Source: Okamejei kenojei
Lineage: Eukaryota
Direction of reading: 5' to 3'
DNA length: 64,000 bases
Assembly (NCBI GenBank): GCA_035221665.1
Contig: CM069134.1
Span: 88,474,001-88,538,000 of the forward strand
Under the pieces are notes generated by a model that saw only the letters and a list, made by a program, of their open reading frames with translations, made no database searches and was not told the DNA's origin. Shown here piece by piece: positions 48,613-60,585 of this stretch (the first letter of the stretch is position 1; every line of letters begins with the position of its first letter). The translations under genes and the position numbers were made by a program.

Positions 48613-51600
48613 ATTTCAAGGAATAGCCATGAGTCAACTGCCAGCCCACCAGCCGTGAGTGAGCTGCCAGCACATCAGGCTTGAGTGACTGAGCTACCAC
48701 CTCAAGAATCCATTTGGCCCATAATGTCCATACTAGCCCTCTGGAAACCAGTCCCTTCAGCCCACAACACCCATACTAGTGCTCCAGAAAGCCCCCCCCC
48801 CCCCCTCCCACTGGCCACCAATATTGGAATTGGTGGAGAGGTGGAATATTATGTTGGTGGACCAGCCCTCCCGTGTGAACATGGGGCCCAACGGGTCCAA
48901 CTTAGTCTAGTACTCTATAAAGGCAGCAGGTGACTTCTTCCTATCAGGGATTCTGATTAGTACTGCATTATTTCATGGGGCTTTCACGGCATATGGGCGT
49001 CAGTGGCACGGGGATTATTCATACTCACTGTGCTGGTCGAATCTGCTGTACCTATTTCTTCCCTTACTGGTAATTGCCTATGGGATACCTGTTCAATTTG
49101 TAAGCTTTCGGTTACGTTAAAGTCTATTTCGGTATCTAAAATCGGTGTTTCATCCTCAGATAAATCTTTCGGTTCGCTAGGGGTTTCCCGATACTGCCCA
49201 AATAAATCATTCCTTTCTACTCGAGTGATCTGTCTAGGTTGTGGCTCACAGAAATACCATGGTGGTTGCACTATATCTAACATACCTTTATTTTCTTTAA
49301 ACATGGAGCTAACCTTTTCGTTCTACTCCGGGTGCCATAAGCCACTGGACGATCTATTAATGATGGCGTAGATAGGATTGAAGGATCTCGTACTTCAGTA
49401 TCTGCTGTTGGTAGAACCTGTTCAGATGTAGAATCTGCAGGAGTTGTTATAGATTCTGCAGACCTAAAATATTTATTACGGACACAAGTCATCCACAGCA
49501 CTATGAAGCCTGGGAAACGCAAGAGAAACAAACATGGTGGGAGCTGCGAACTTCCACTGGCGTTAACATTTGTCCACTCTTCTAAATACTCATCTTCTTC
49601 CCCCTCGAAGTCAGCACTAACCATCGGACTCCTAATCTTTAATTTTACAGGGACTACTTTTCTTGCAGGAGATCCACCTTGCTCTGAGTGTTTCCCTTCA
49701 TCTCCACTCCTGTCCTTACCACTACCTGGAGGTCGATCTACTTTACCTTCTTTTAGTTCAAACCAAGTTTAGCGATCACTTTTTCCCAACTGGCCATTCT
49801 CTTAACCTCCTAATTCGCCTTCCGTTCCTCGAAATATTTTCTCCATAACCCTATTAATTCTTTTGCACCCTCATTATTACTATGCTGCCAAATGATCCGT
49901 TCTATGTATTGTATCCCTCTTACTGTTCTAATTCCCCCCAGCGGACATAACTTATTTCCTAATTTCTTATTTAATGCTCCTGATAAAGTTCTTAATTCCT
50001 CTGCCTTGTGAGGAAACTCATTACACATTAGTTGCAATGGGCTATTTTCCTCTTCTGTTACATCTCTATCTACATTATTCCCCATGCTTCCAAACACCTG
50101 AAACATAATTTTTAAATCCTTCCTTTTTATCCCTAAATTTACCAAGTTCGCTCCTCGACAATGGTTAATGGTTCAAAGCGATCGCAGCCTTGCTCCTCGT
50201 TACTCTTTCGTTCCATCAATCCTATTCTCTTATTCAAATTCTTCTTTTATCTCCCACAATTCCACAGCCTTTCAACTTTATAACTTTCTCAATCCACAGT
50301 CACTCAAGAATCATACTCCAGGGAACAATCAAGCACATCCAAACATAATCAAACACGCTCCCACACTCATTTAATCCTCAATCAAAACATCCAAAAGTGA
50401 TCTTCAGACATGGAAGTATCACCGTCCACAAGCAGGATAACACACTACCTATCACTATCAGGCACAGCCACACTCCTAAATAAACCACAAACATTTGTTT
50501 ATTATAAATCATGCACTAAGAAATCTTCATCGTGGCACAATCAATCAGCGGGATGACTCCTCCCCCGATGCAGCCATCGAAGGAGTACAACCCCTGATCG
50601 AACCACCCCGATTCTTACAAAATGCTCTTACAAAACAATTTTAAACAAATACGAATATCTAACTTAAACACACTCTTACTTTGTTTCTAATCCGTAAACC
50701 ATCACACAAGCAACAACAGAAATGACGGTCCGCATACTTAACACGATCTAAATCTTAACTTAATTCCCAATAAACTAATAAGTTTATTTACATACATAGA
50801 ATATTTACAAAAACCGGATCTGATGACAATACGAAAAGCTGGATTTTTACAATTTACAAAATGATTTAAAGCACTAGCGCACAATTCACGAACACTCTAA
50901 CTCGACGCCGGGACACGCTGTAATCACGCAGTGAACCTCTCACTCTGATACCGAAGATTTTCCCCTTCGTAGTTCACTCTTTGCTGAGAGGTACTACTCC
51001 TTAAATGACTACTTTTCATCCCAAATGTTACTATCCCTCTGCTAAGCCTGGACTTCTATAGGAGGACCTCTATCCTTTCTCTCTAAGTTCGACTGAATTA
51101 GGGGTACCCTTCGCTATTTGGAGTGCTTTTCATCAAGTAAACAAGTTCCCATCTCTCAGGCACTCTTCGCTATCAGGTATTAATCACCAATCGACCAGAG
51201 GGTTACTATTCAGTGTTGATCAACCGCTATTCGGAATCGATCACGGACATGCACCAACTCTAAGGTTCTATATAGAGGAATTCGAATTCCACCTTACTGG
51301 CAGAACTTCAATATGAAATTCAGTGTTTCAAAATTTGGCTTTGCAAATATAGACTCGAACTCGAACTCCTAATTTTAATGAGTATCTCTTCTACTACACG
51401 GGCTCTCGAATCGGCTAAAATTGCCCAGTTGAATTCTTGGACGGACTGGAGTATTCTGGCCAATCTATACTCTGTCCATCCAAACCCAGTACCTTCTCGA
51501 GGCTCTTCGTCCATTACTTCAGGGAGAGTCTCGGGTACCTACACACAGGCACTCCTCGAGGATCCAGCACCTAGCCGCTTCGCGCTGTGAGTTATCAATG

Positions 51601-52073
51601 CCGATTTTCAGAGCGCACCTTTTCAATTCGCACTCCCGGCAAAGATCCGATGGAAGGCGAGACCTGTATTTTAATACCCCACCAATTTGGGTACCAAGTC
51701 TAACCCTGGGCCACGCCTCGCCCGATGAAGTGTGTTTGGCTCTCGTTAAAGCAGCTGCAGTCTGCCAACTACGACCAATGTTTTGGGCCTCTAACCCAGG
51801 AAAGGGACTCTAACCCAACCCCACTAGGGCCTCTAACCCCACCCTGGTATTATGGGCCCCTAACCCAAAGGCTAATCATTCCCCCGTGCTTGCTAGACTC
51901 TGTTCTAAAGATCTCGATTAGACCCTTTCCCAAGCCCGCGAATGATCGATCCGCTCCAATTGACGAAGTGATGAAAATCAATGCGAAAACTGCACCATGG
52001 GCCCGATTTCTGCACTCGAGATCGAAACAGGTCAACACCCTTGATCGTAAACTTGTGTTTGGGGGTCATTTGA

Positions 52074-52091
52074 GATCCCGGATGACCCCTA
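52074..52091 (-). promoter_or_regulatory. Primer binding site, tRNA-Pro-like
   Basis: Minus strand just inside the 5' LTR reads TAGGGGTCATCCGGGAT, compared with the canonical tRNA-Pro PBS TGGGGGCTCGTCCGGGAT. Confidence 0.75.
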
Positions 52092-52092
52092 A

Positions 52093-54244
52093 TGTAAATT
52101 GCTTGTTTCTAAGCTTTCCCCCAGTCTAGTTTCAGTAAAAACATTAAATCAAGCACTTGAAACAACTAAATTTTATTTTAACAAAAGCGCATTACAGTTC
52201 AACTCCTGTACCTATCCCACCGCGGGTTCGATCCTCGTATCTGCCTGTTCAAGCCCTCGAGGCCTCGCTCAGACAGACACTCCAGAAGTCCACGCAGTCC
52301 CAAGCACTCTCCCAGAAGATCGACTATATGTCCCGGGACCTCGAGGGGCCGAACCACATGGGGGTGGAAACTTAATAACCCAATTACAGGTATTGATTAA
52401 CCCCATACATAACAGGCATTTCCCTAACCCAATAATACAACAGCTCAATACATTGTATTCAAACTGGACTTCGTAAGGAATCCAACTTAGAAACATTTAC
52501 CCTGATCTGCCAGAAACATAGAAACATAGAAACATAGAAACATAGAAAATTAGGTGCAGGAGTAGGCAGGCCATTCAGCCCTGCACCGCCATTCAATATG
52601 ATCATGGCTGATCATCCAACTCAGTATCCCGTACCTGCCTTCTCTCCATACCCTCTGATCCCCTTAGCCACAAGGGCCACATCCAACTCACTCTTAAATA
52701 TAGCCAATGAACTGGCCTCAACTAACCTCTGTGGCAGAGAGTTCCAGAGACTCACCACTCTCTGTGTGAAAAAAGTCTTTCTCATCTCGGTCTTAAAGGA
52801 TTTCCCCCTTATCCTTAAGCTGTGACCCCTTGTCCTGGACTTCCCCAACATCGGGAACAATCTTCCTGCATCTAGCCTGTCCAACCCCTTATGAATTTTG
52901 TAAGTTTCTATAAGATCCCCTCTCAATCTCCTAAATTCCAGAGAGTATAAACCGAGTCTATCCAGTCTTTTTCATAAGACAGTCCTGACATCCCAGAATC
53001 AGTCTGGTGAACCTTCTCTGCACTCCCTCTATGGCAATAATGTCCTTCCTCAGATTTGGTGACCAAAACTGTACGCAATACTCCAGGTGTGGTCTCACCA
53101 AGACCCTGTACAACTGAAGTAGAACCTCCCTGCTCCTGTACTCAAATCCTTTTGCTATGAAAGCTAACATACCATTCGCTTTTTTCACTGCCTGCTGCAC
53201 CTGCATGCCTACTTTCAATGACTGGTGTACCATGACACCCAGGTCTCGCTGCATCTCCCCTTTTCCTAATCGGCCACCATTTAAAATAATAGTCTGCTTT
53301 CCTGTTTTTGCCACCTGGTGCCCACTGCCCACCCAGCCTATCCAAGTCACCTTGCAGTCTCCTAGCATCCTCCTCACAGCGAACACTGCCCCCCAGCTTA
53401 GTGTCATCCGCAAACTTGGAGATATTGCCTTCAATTCCCTCATCCAGATCATTAATATATATTGTAAATAGCTGGGGTCCCAGCACTGAGCCCTGCGGTA
53501 CCCCACTAGTTACTGCCTGCCATTGTGAAAATACCCGCTACTCTTTGCCAGCCAGTTCTCTATCCACATCAATACTGAACCCCTAATACCGTATGCTTTA
53601 AGTTTGTATACTAATCTCTTATGTGGGACCTTGTCGAAAGCCTTCTGGAAGTCCAGATATACCACATCCACTGGTTCTCCCTTATCCACGCTACTAGTTA
53701 CATCCTCGAAAAATTCCACAAGATTCGTCAGACATGATTTACCTTTTGTAAATCCATGCTGACTTTGTCCAATGATTTCACCACTTTCCAAATGTGCTGC
53801 TATCCCATCCTTAATAACTGACTCTAGCAGTTTCCCCACTACCGATGTTAGACTAACTGGTCTGTAATTCCCCGTTTTCTCTCTCCTTCCCTTCTTAAAA
53901 AGAGGGGTTACATTTGCCAGAAACCCAGACAAGGCTCAATACCTCATCCAATCAACACTCGGCAAAGTCAAATTCTGCAACATTATTTATAATTATTTAC
54001 AAGGTCTAGGTCTGGTTTGCAGCCATCCAATCCATTCTATGCATTTTGCATCTAATTTACAGGGTTTGCAGATGTTCTTATTCTTTGCTTGCAAATTGTA
54101 TCTAAGCTATCGATGCATTGGCAACTATTCGCAGCTTGTCCCAGCTCTGCAGAGAGCAATTCCAAATTGACCAAATCTCCCAGCAGCCCTGAAGCTTTTA
54201 CCCCATTTTGAAGTCCTAGCCTCTCCAATTTAGCCAGGATTACA
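52093..54244 (-). repeat. 5' LTR of the ERV, interrupted by a CR1 insertion
   Basis: tgtaaattgcttgtttctaag...tagccaggattaca, homologous to 41174-41935 on both sides of the CR1. Confidence 0.92.
52518..53914 (-). mobile_element. CR1/HER1-like LINE inserted in the 5' LTR
   Basis: TSD tgccagaaac at 52508-52517 and 53915-53924. (ATAGAAAC)n tail. RT motifs [28 protein letters not shown]. Confidence 0.95.
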
Positions 54245-54279
54245 AGTGTACATGATCATTAATGACCCATAATTCTACA

Positions 54280-54542
54280 CAAACCCATTTTACTTTCCCC
54301 ACGTTCCCATTGACTCCCCCTAGATTTCATCACGCACCCACATATTGGGGGGCAACGTACACCAGCCATTTAACCTAACCACACATCATAAGATGTGGGA
54401 GGAAACCAAAGGACCCAGAGAAAATCCATTTGGTCACAGGGAGAATGTACAAACTCCACACAGCTAAATCTAGAAATCAGTATTGAACTTGAGCCCCTGG
54501 AACTATGAGGCAGCAGCTCTAGTAGCTTTGTCTGTGTTCACC
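54280..54542 (-). mobile_element. HE1-like V-SINE
   Basis: gatgtgggaggaaacc...ggtcacagggagaatgtacaaactccacaca...tgaggcagcagctcta. Confidence 0.75.
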
Positions 54543-55098
54543 AAAATATATTCATTACAAAGCAAAGAGTGGAAATTAGTTACTTTTTAATTTTGAAACA
54601 ATGATAGTTTCATTTACACAACTTTCCTGACATTTACCGTTCGGCCTCTCAAGACTATCTCGGCTATCCAGTTGCTGGGTGATTTTGAAGAACATCCAGT
54701 GTGGATTATGTGAGATGATTCATTGACAATAATGTTGTCTTCTTTGGTTCCTTTATCTTTCTCAATCAAATACCTGACAAGCATTTTCAATTGAAGGAAA
54801 AAAACACAAAACCATCGCTATAGATCCATAAACATTTAAACACTAAATTAAATTAAAGTGAAAAACGAGAAATGAAAATGACTCTTATAACGACGACTAT
54901 CAACATAACAATACTCAATTCAGCCCACCGCCCTTTCTCACCTCCCACCCACCCACCCATACCCCCTCTGCTCTGTGGCCACACTTACTTTTCTACAGCC
55001 CTGGTGGACAAATCTACCTTGAGGCCTGGCTTGTTAATCCTTGACGTTGAGCAGGCCGTAAGCTACGAATGGACCTCAGGTGCAAGTCCTTAGGCCTT

Positions 55099-55127
55099 GT
55101 CTCCATGGCAACCCAATGGCCTATTGG
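55099..55127. promoter_or_regulatory. RFX X-box plus two CCAAT boxes (candidate promoter)
   Basis: GTCTCCATGGCAAC at 55099-55112, CCAAT at 55113-55117 and ATTGG at 55123-55127, in non-repetitive DNA downstream of C-rich GC/GT-box-like tracts. Confidence 0.45.
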
Positions 55128-55669
55128 CTCTTTCTGGTGTCAATGATATTTTTTAACTGTTTTGAATCACAGATTATCACAGCTGTTTAAAGATGGTTCA
55201 GGTAGATTCAAATCATTCTTTAAAAAATATTTAACTTTGTTAAAAAAAGGAAAAATGCATATGCTTAAAAATAAATCAACTTACTTGAAATTAAACATTA
55301 AATTAAAATTCAGGTAAATAAATAAATCACATATCTATTTTAATGATGTTTGGAGGAAACCTGAGGTGTAGATGTCACAATCCTCCAGTCTTAGAGTCCA
55401 GTGTATGAATGTTCTTCTGCTGAGCTCACCGGTTCAATGGTGAAGTGAAGGGTTTAAGTAGTGCCTCCAGGTAGTCTTTGTGTTGTAGCTCACAAAGGTG
55501 GAATCTGAGACAAACTGAACAGCACTGGAGTCTTCTTCAGGATTGTCAGGTAAGAGTAATCTGGCCTATCATTTATTCTTTGAAATTGAGCTTATCATCT
55601 TCAAATTAAGGCAGGTATGCGGTGGCCCAAAATAATTGCACTCTGCTACAGTGCATAACTGACATTACA

Positions 55670-56230
55670 TTAGTGCAGCAGCTAGTGCTGCTGTCTCAGA
55701 GCCCGAGTGAGCCGAGTTTGATCCAAACTTCCAGTGCTGTCTGTGTGGTTTGTATTTTCTCCTTTGATCATTTGGGTTAATTGGCCATTGTAAATTACAC
55801 CTTCCCCTCCCTCTGTGTGATTGGGTGAGTGGAGTTGATAAACATATGAGAGAGTATAGGTACAGGGAGGTGAGGAGATAGGAATTAACAATAGAATTAA
55901 TCAGAACACTAGCATATTTTTGTTGGGCCCGGGTTCGATCCTAACTACGGATACAGTCTGTACGGAGTTTGTATATTCTTCCTGTGACCTTGTGGGTTTT
56001 CTTTAGGTGCTCTGATTTCATCCCACACTCCAAAGACATACAATCTTGTACGTCTGTATAGGTATCGGTTTGTAGGTTGGTATAGGTTAATTGCCTTCAG
56101 TAAAAATTGTAAATTGCCCTTAGTGTGCAGGATAGTGCTAGTGTACGGGTGATTGCTGACAGTGTGGACTTGGTGGACCGAATGGCCTGTTTCCATGCTG
56201 TATCTCCAAAACCTATAAAGCCTAAAGTCT
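55670..56230 (+). mobile_element. Two adjacent HE1-like V-SINEs
   Basis: Heads at ~55672 and ~55926 (gggttcgatcc), V-cores, tail aatggcctgtttccatgctgtatctc. Confidence 0.8.
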
Positions 56231-57199
56231 CAAGCCACATCCATAAAGATTCACTTCATCCAATACAGAACTGTACGTTGGTAGTTACAAAGGGAATAAT
56301 TTTTGGATGGTGCTGTAAGAAATAAAAAATAAATAAAGCTCACAAAGCTAGAATTCATAGAATATATGCTAGGACATGAAACCTTGTATCAGTGTAATCT
56401 TACTGTGGATATCCAAATTTTGACATCCTTCTTATTCTATTTGTCCATAATGTTTATGGACACTATGATAAAACTACCAGCATGGTTCAAGCACTAGCTT
56501 ATACCAGTGAATATGCTAATCATATCATTAACACATCTGCTTAAACTGTTGAAACTTTTCTGAATGGGTGAAACAGGTCTGAGTGACAGTCTGCCCTTAG
56601 ATTGAGATTTGTGACCTTCTGGTTAGATGTCAAACCACTCAGTTGCTTGTCTCACCTGCCTACTCGTGGAAACATGTTTCCTTGTGGTTTTAATTGAAGC
56701 ATTCATGTGACAAGCATGTTGGTTATTTACAGGCCTAATGATTTTGGAAACTAATGATGATCAAACTAATGCTAGTTCGAATCTCACCATCTAGGCTGAA
56801 AATCTTGTGGCATTAACGGTGATCGTGAAATTATTGGGGTGTGATTTCAAAACATAATGTCTAATAAGAAGAAGAATATGCCTTCTATCCCTACTCAGGT
56901 TCACATTCCCCAAAGCTTTGAAAACCCCATTGAACTCAGGCAATTAGAGATGGGCAATAAATGCTGGTGGGAGAGTGATGCCCAAATTCCTATAAAAGAG
57001 TAGAGTTTCATTTCAATGTAAGTTATCACAACATTTAAAACTTGTAACACCATGACAATAATAATATTCAATCAATCATTTCTCATTATTGAAAACTATC
57101 TCTGGAAATGACCAAGCCTTATCCCGATTCAAAACTATCTTAAATCTTATGGATAAACGCTGAATAAATTCTGTCCCGTGAATATATTCTGATGGATAG

Positions 57200-57330
57200 A
57201 ATCTGAAGAAGGGTTCTGACCCGAAACATCACCTAACTATTTTCTCCAAAAATACTGCCTGATCCATTGAGTTGCTCCAGCATTTTGTTTCTATCTTTGG
57301 TGTAAACCTGCAGTTCCTTTTTATTACATT
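57200..57330 (+). mobile_element. Penelope-derived tail element with a hammerhead-like core
   Basis: ctgaaga-a-gggtt-ct-gaccc-gaaa-c-a-tc at 57203-57230, followed by the ...cattgagttgctccagcattttg tail. Confidence 0.72.
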
Positions 57331-58574
57331 AAAACTTAAGGAGTTGTGGTCACAATCCCCAAAATGCTCTTGCATTGAGACACCAGTCACTTCGCAGGCT
57401 CATTTCACAACCAAGGTCCAGTAGGTTATCTTCTCAGGTTTTAATACATATAATTATAAACAATACTAAGCACAGCTGACACTGCACTTCAATGCCATTT
57501 TACTTTAGCTCATCGATGACTGTCAAGACTTTGTACGTTAATGCATCACCCCAGTGATTTGGCCCTCAATAGTGGTATTTTCAGCAAATTCATAAATGGC
57601 ATAGGAACTATGCTTACCCACAGAGTCATGGGAGTAAAGAGAGTGGAATGCAGACTTAAGGAAAACCTGTGTCGATGGTCAATGCGGAGGAGATGTTGTT
57701 ACTAATCTGCACTGATTGAAATTTGACAATGAAAAAAACAAGGATCCAGTTGCGAGGGAAGGTGTGGAGGTCCAGGTCTTGGACCTTATTGATGAGTTTG
57801 GAAGGGGATGATAATGCACTCATACTCATCAGATCATGGCTGAAGCACCTTTGCTAAAGAAAGAGCTTGATATGGTAAACATGCATGTGATTTTTCCTGG
57901 GTGTGAATTATATGGACGCAGTTACATGAAAGGCTTGCATTTAAGTAATACCTTACAAACCACAGGATCTCCAAAACAGTTTACAGTGTTCTTGATGTAA
58001 AGTCAGTATTCAGATGCAGGATGATAGTTAATGGTGGATACAGCTTGTTTATGCTTACAACATGAATATAACCAGAAAATCTAATGACATTTTAAATCTA
58101 AATTGAACCAATGATTTAATCTATTCTCAGAGGTAATTGCTTATTTTAATCACCATGTTAATAGCTCCCAGTTATGTGATTATTTGATTAAATATTTAAT
58201 CTGATTATGAAGGCCATGGTATATCCAGGACCACCCCAGTTTACATTCAGTCAGTCTGTTTAAAATTGTAAACACCAGAGAAAGAGTAGATTACATCACA
58301 TCAGTATATTGGAAGAATCAGGGATGTTGAAGACAGTAAATGTTCCAATATCATGCAGGATGTAAAATGTAAACAGTCCTTGGGAAACCTCAGGGATCTT
58401 TTTTTGATCATAAAAGGGTGAATTCAAAATCTAGTAATGTTTTCTACTTTTGGAGCTATGTGCATGCTATTCAAATTATGAACATGTGCAACATTTTATA
58501 TTTGTTCTTGTCATGTTTTTAACATACATTTCCAGTAAGATAATTTTCCATTTAAAAAATGTAACATCTTGTTG

Positions 58575-58978
58575 GTAGACAAAAATGCTGGAGAACCTCA
58601 GCGCATGAGGCAGCATCTATGGAGTGAAGAAATAGGTGATCTTTTGGGTCGAGACTTCTTCACACTGATGTGGGGGGGGGGGGGGCAGGAAAAGGAAAGG
58701 AAGAAGCAGAGACAGTGGGCTGTGGGAGAGCTGGGAAGGGGAGGGGGATGGAGGGAGAAAGCAAGGTCTACCTGAAATTGGAGAAGTCAATGTTCATACC
58801 GCTGGGGTGTAAACAACCCAAGCGAAATATGAGGTGCTGCTCCTCCAATTTGCGGTGGGACTCACTCTGGCCATGGAGGAGGCCCAGGACAGAAAGTTCG
58901 GATTTGGAATGGGAGGGGGAGTTGAAGTGCTGAGCCACCGGGAGATCAGGTTAATTATTGTGAACTGAGCGGAGGTAT
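58575..58978 (-). mobile_element. Penelope-like element 3' fragment
   Basis: Reverse complement matches the end of the GIY-YIG domain and the tail of the 44046-45629 element. Confidence 0.88.
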
Positions 58979-59211
58979 CTAACATCTTGTTGGAGTCACA
59001 ATATCCATCCAGATCTCAGTTCAGTTTTTGCCAATCTCCCATTATCCTAGGTTCCCTGAACCTTTAACAATTTACCTAGCTCCTCCTTCAATAGCTCCAG
59101 TGATCCGAAATTCCAGAATTTTACCATCCTCTGCAAATGGAAGTTCTTAGTACCTCAGTTTTAAACGATGGGCCCCTTATTTGTACCTTGCTGTTTGTCA
59201 CGTTCCTGAGT

Positions 59212-59430
59212 AAGATCATAAGATCATAAGTTATTGGAGCAGAATTAGACCATTCAGCCCATCAAGTCTATTCCGCCATTCAATCATGTCTGATCTATCT
59301 CTCCCTCCTAACCCCATTCTCCTGCCTTCTCCCAAAATCTCTGACACCCGTACTAATCAAGAATCTATCACTGACTTAAATATATCCGCTGACTTGGCTT
59401 CCACTGCCTTCTGCGGCAAAGAATTCCACA
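59212..59430 (-). mobile_element. CR1 3' tail fragment
   Basis: (taagatca)n tail, ccattcagcccatcaagtcta...ccactgccttctgcggcaaagaattcca. Confidence 0.8.
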
Positions 59431-60259
59431 TGAACATGACATTTGTTTTTCTTTTTGCAAAGGCTGATTAGACAAATCTGGACTCAAAAGCTCATTTCAA
59501 ACAAGTGATAGAGTAGGCATGCTGTAATATCAGTGGTTTTTGATTTTCGTCTTAACTTCCTGCATTCTGGCTTCCACTTATGAGTGAGCATCTCTTTTTA
59601 TGCAGGTGCTACAACAGGATGATCCAATGCTCGATGCTCACAGTGATGTGTGTCCAGGTTGGAACCCTTCAGACATGTTGTAAGTGAGTATTTGGATCTC
59701 GTTTTTGGTTCACCTCATCACTATTTGCCCTCAATCAGTTCTCTGTAAAATAGCTGCTATAGTATTCTGTCATCAGACAAATACAAATCGGGTAACTATG
59801 TCGGCTCACTTATCAATGATGTTCTCCAGAAACTGGGACAGGCTTCAAAAGTGGGGAGGGTCATTAGCATAAATGATGTTGGTGATTCGCTAGAGATCTG
59901 CAAATGAGGCTCAGCACGTCACATATGCCCCGTATTAAGGGGCGAGTCTGCAACAAACTATATTATAGGTCATTGCACATGTCTGCCTGCTCAACTGATT
60001 GACTCTCCTGTACACTCAGCAATGGAGCAGTGATTCGCTGAATACAGCATTCAGAGGCATTTCATATCTGGCCATTGGGCTTATGCCAAAGACAACCATT
60101 GACCCCCGACAGCCAAATGAAGGTAGTGAAAATAAAAAACCTGCAGATTATAAAAATCTGAAATAAAACAGAAAAACTCAGTAGATGGACAGTATCTGTG
60201 AAAGGTGAAATAATGAAGGTAAATGTTTACAAATATTGTATTTTAATGCTTAAGGATAT

Positions 60260-60585
60260 TTAGTTTAGAGTTTAGAGATACAGCAAGGAAATAGGCCCTT
60301 CGGTCCACTGAGTCCACGCCAGAAATCGATCAACCATTCACACTAGTTCCATGTTATCCCACTTTCTCATCCATCTCTAACGCTAGGGGCAATTTACTGA
60401 GACAAATTAACGTACAAGTACATGTCTTTGAGATGTGAGAGGAAACCAGAGCACCCAGACGAAACTTGTTAATTCACAGGGAGAACGTACAAACTCCACA
60501 CTGACAGAGCCCGAAGTCAGGATCGAACCCAGGTCTCTGGCGCAGTGACATAACAGCTCTACCAGCTGTGCCAGCATGCCGCCTA
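60260..60585 (-). mobile_element. HE1-like V-SINE, near full length
   Basis: (tttag) tail, V-core, B-box reverse complement ggatcgaaccc, head ending ...gcatgccgcc. Confidence 0.85.

Larger units (their letters stand above)
47463..48910 (+). mobile_element. Non-autonomous Helitron
   Basis: Begins A|TCTATATTACTAAAAGTCTG and ends with an imperfect GC hairpin ggggcccaacgggtcc followed by CTAG|T. No TSD; inserted at an AT dinucleotide; the gag frame rejoins on removal. Confidence 0.88.
46143..50085 (-). pseudogene. gag: Retroviral gag pseudogene, interrupted by a Helitron
   Basis: ATG at 50085 in a good Kozak context starts MGNN (Gly2). Removing the Helitron joins SPAAFIEY/LQITMCVYHADSRDL. MHR-like QRKGEGEDKFLDSFSKLY at ~47170-47228. 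Zinc knuckle CFNCTQSGHWSKEC in ORF 46143..46469. Many stops and frameshifts. Confidence 0.78.
41174..54244 (-). mobile_element. Endogenous retrovirus / LTR element (class I-like), two LTRs, gag only
   Basis: Paired TG...CA LTRs; 4-bp TSD agtg at 41170-41173 and 54245-54248; tRNA-Pro-like PBS next to the right LTR; purine tract next to the left LTR; gag remnants with MHR-like and CCHC motifs. Confidence 0.88.
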
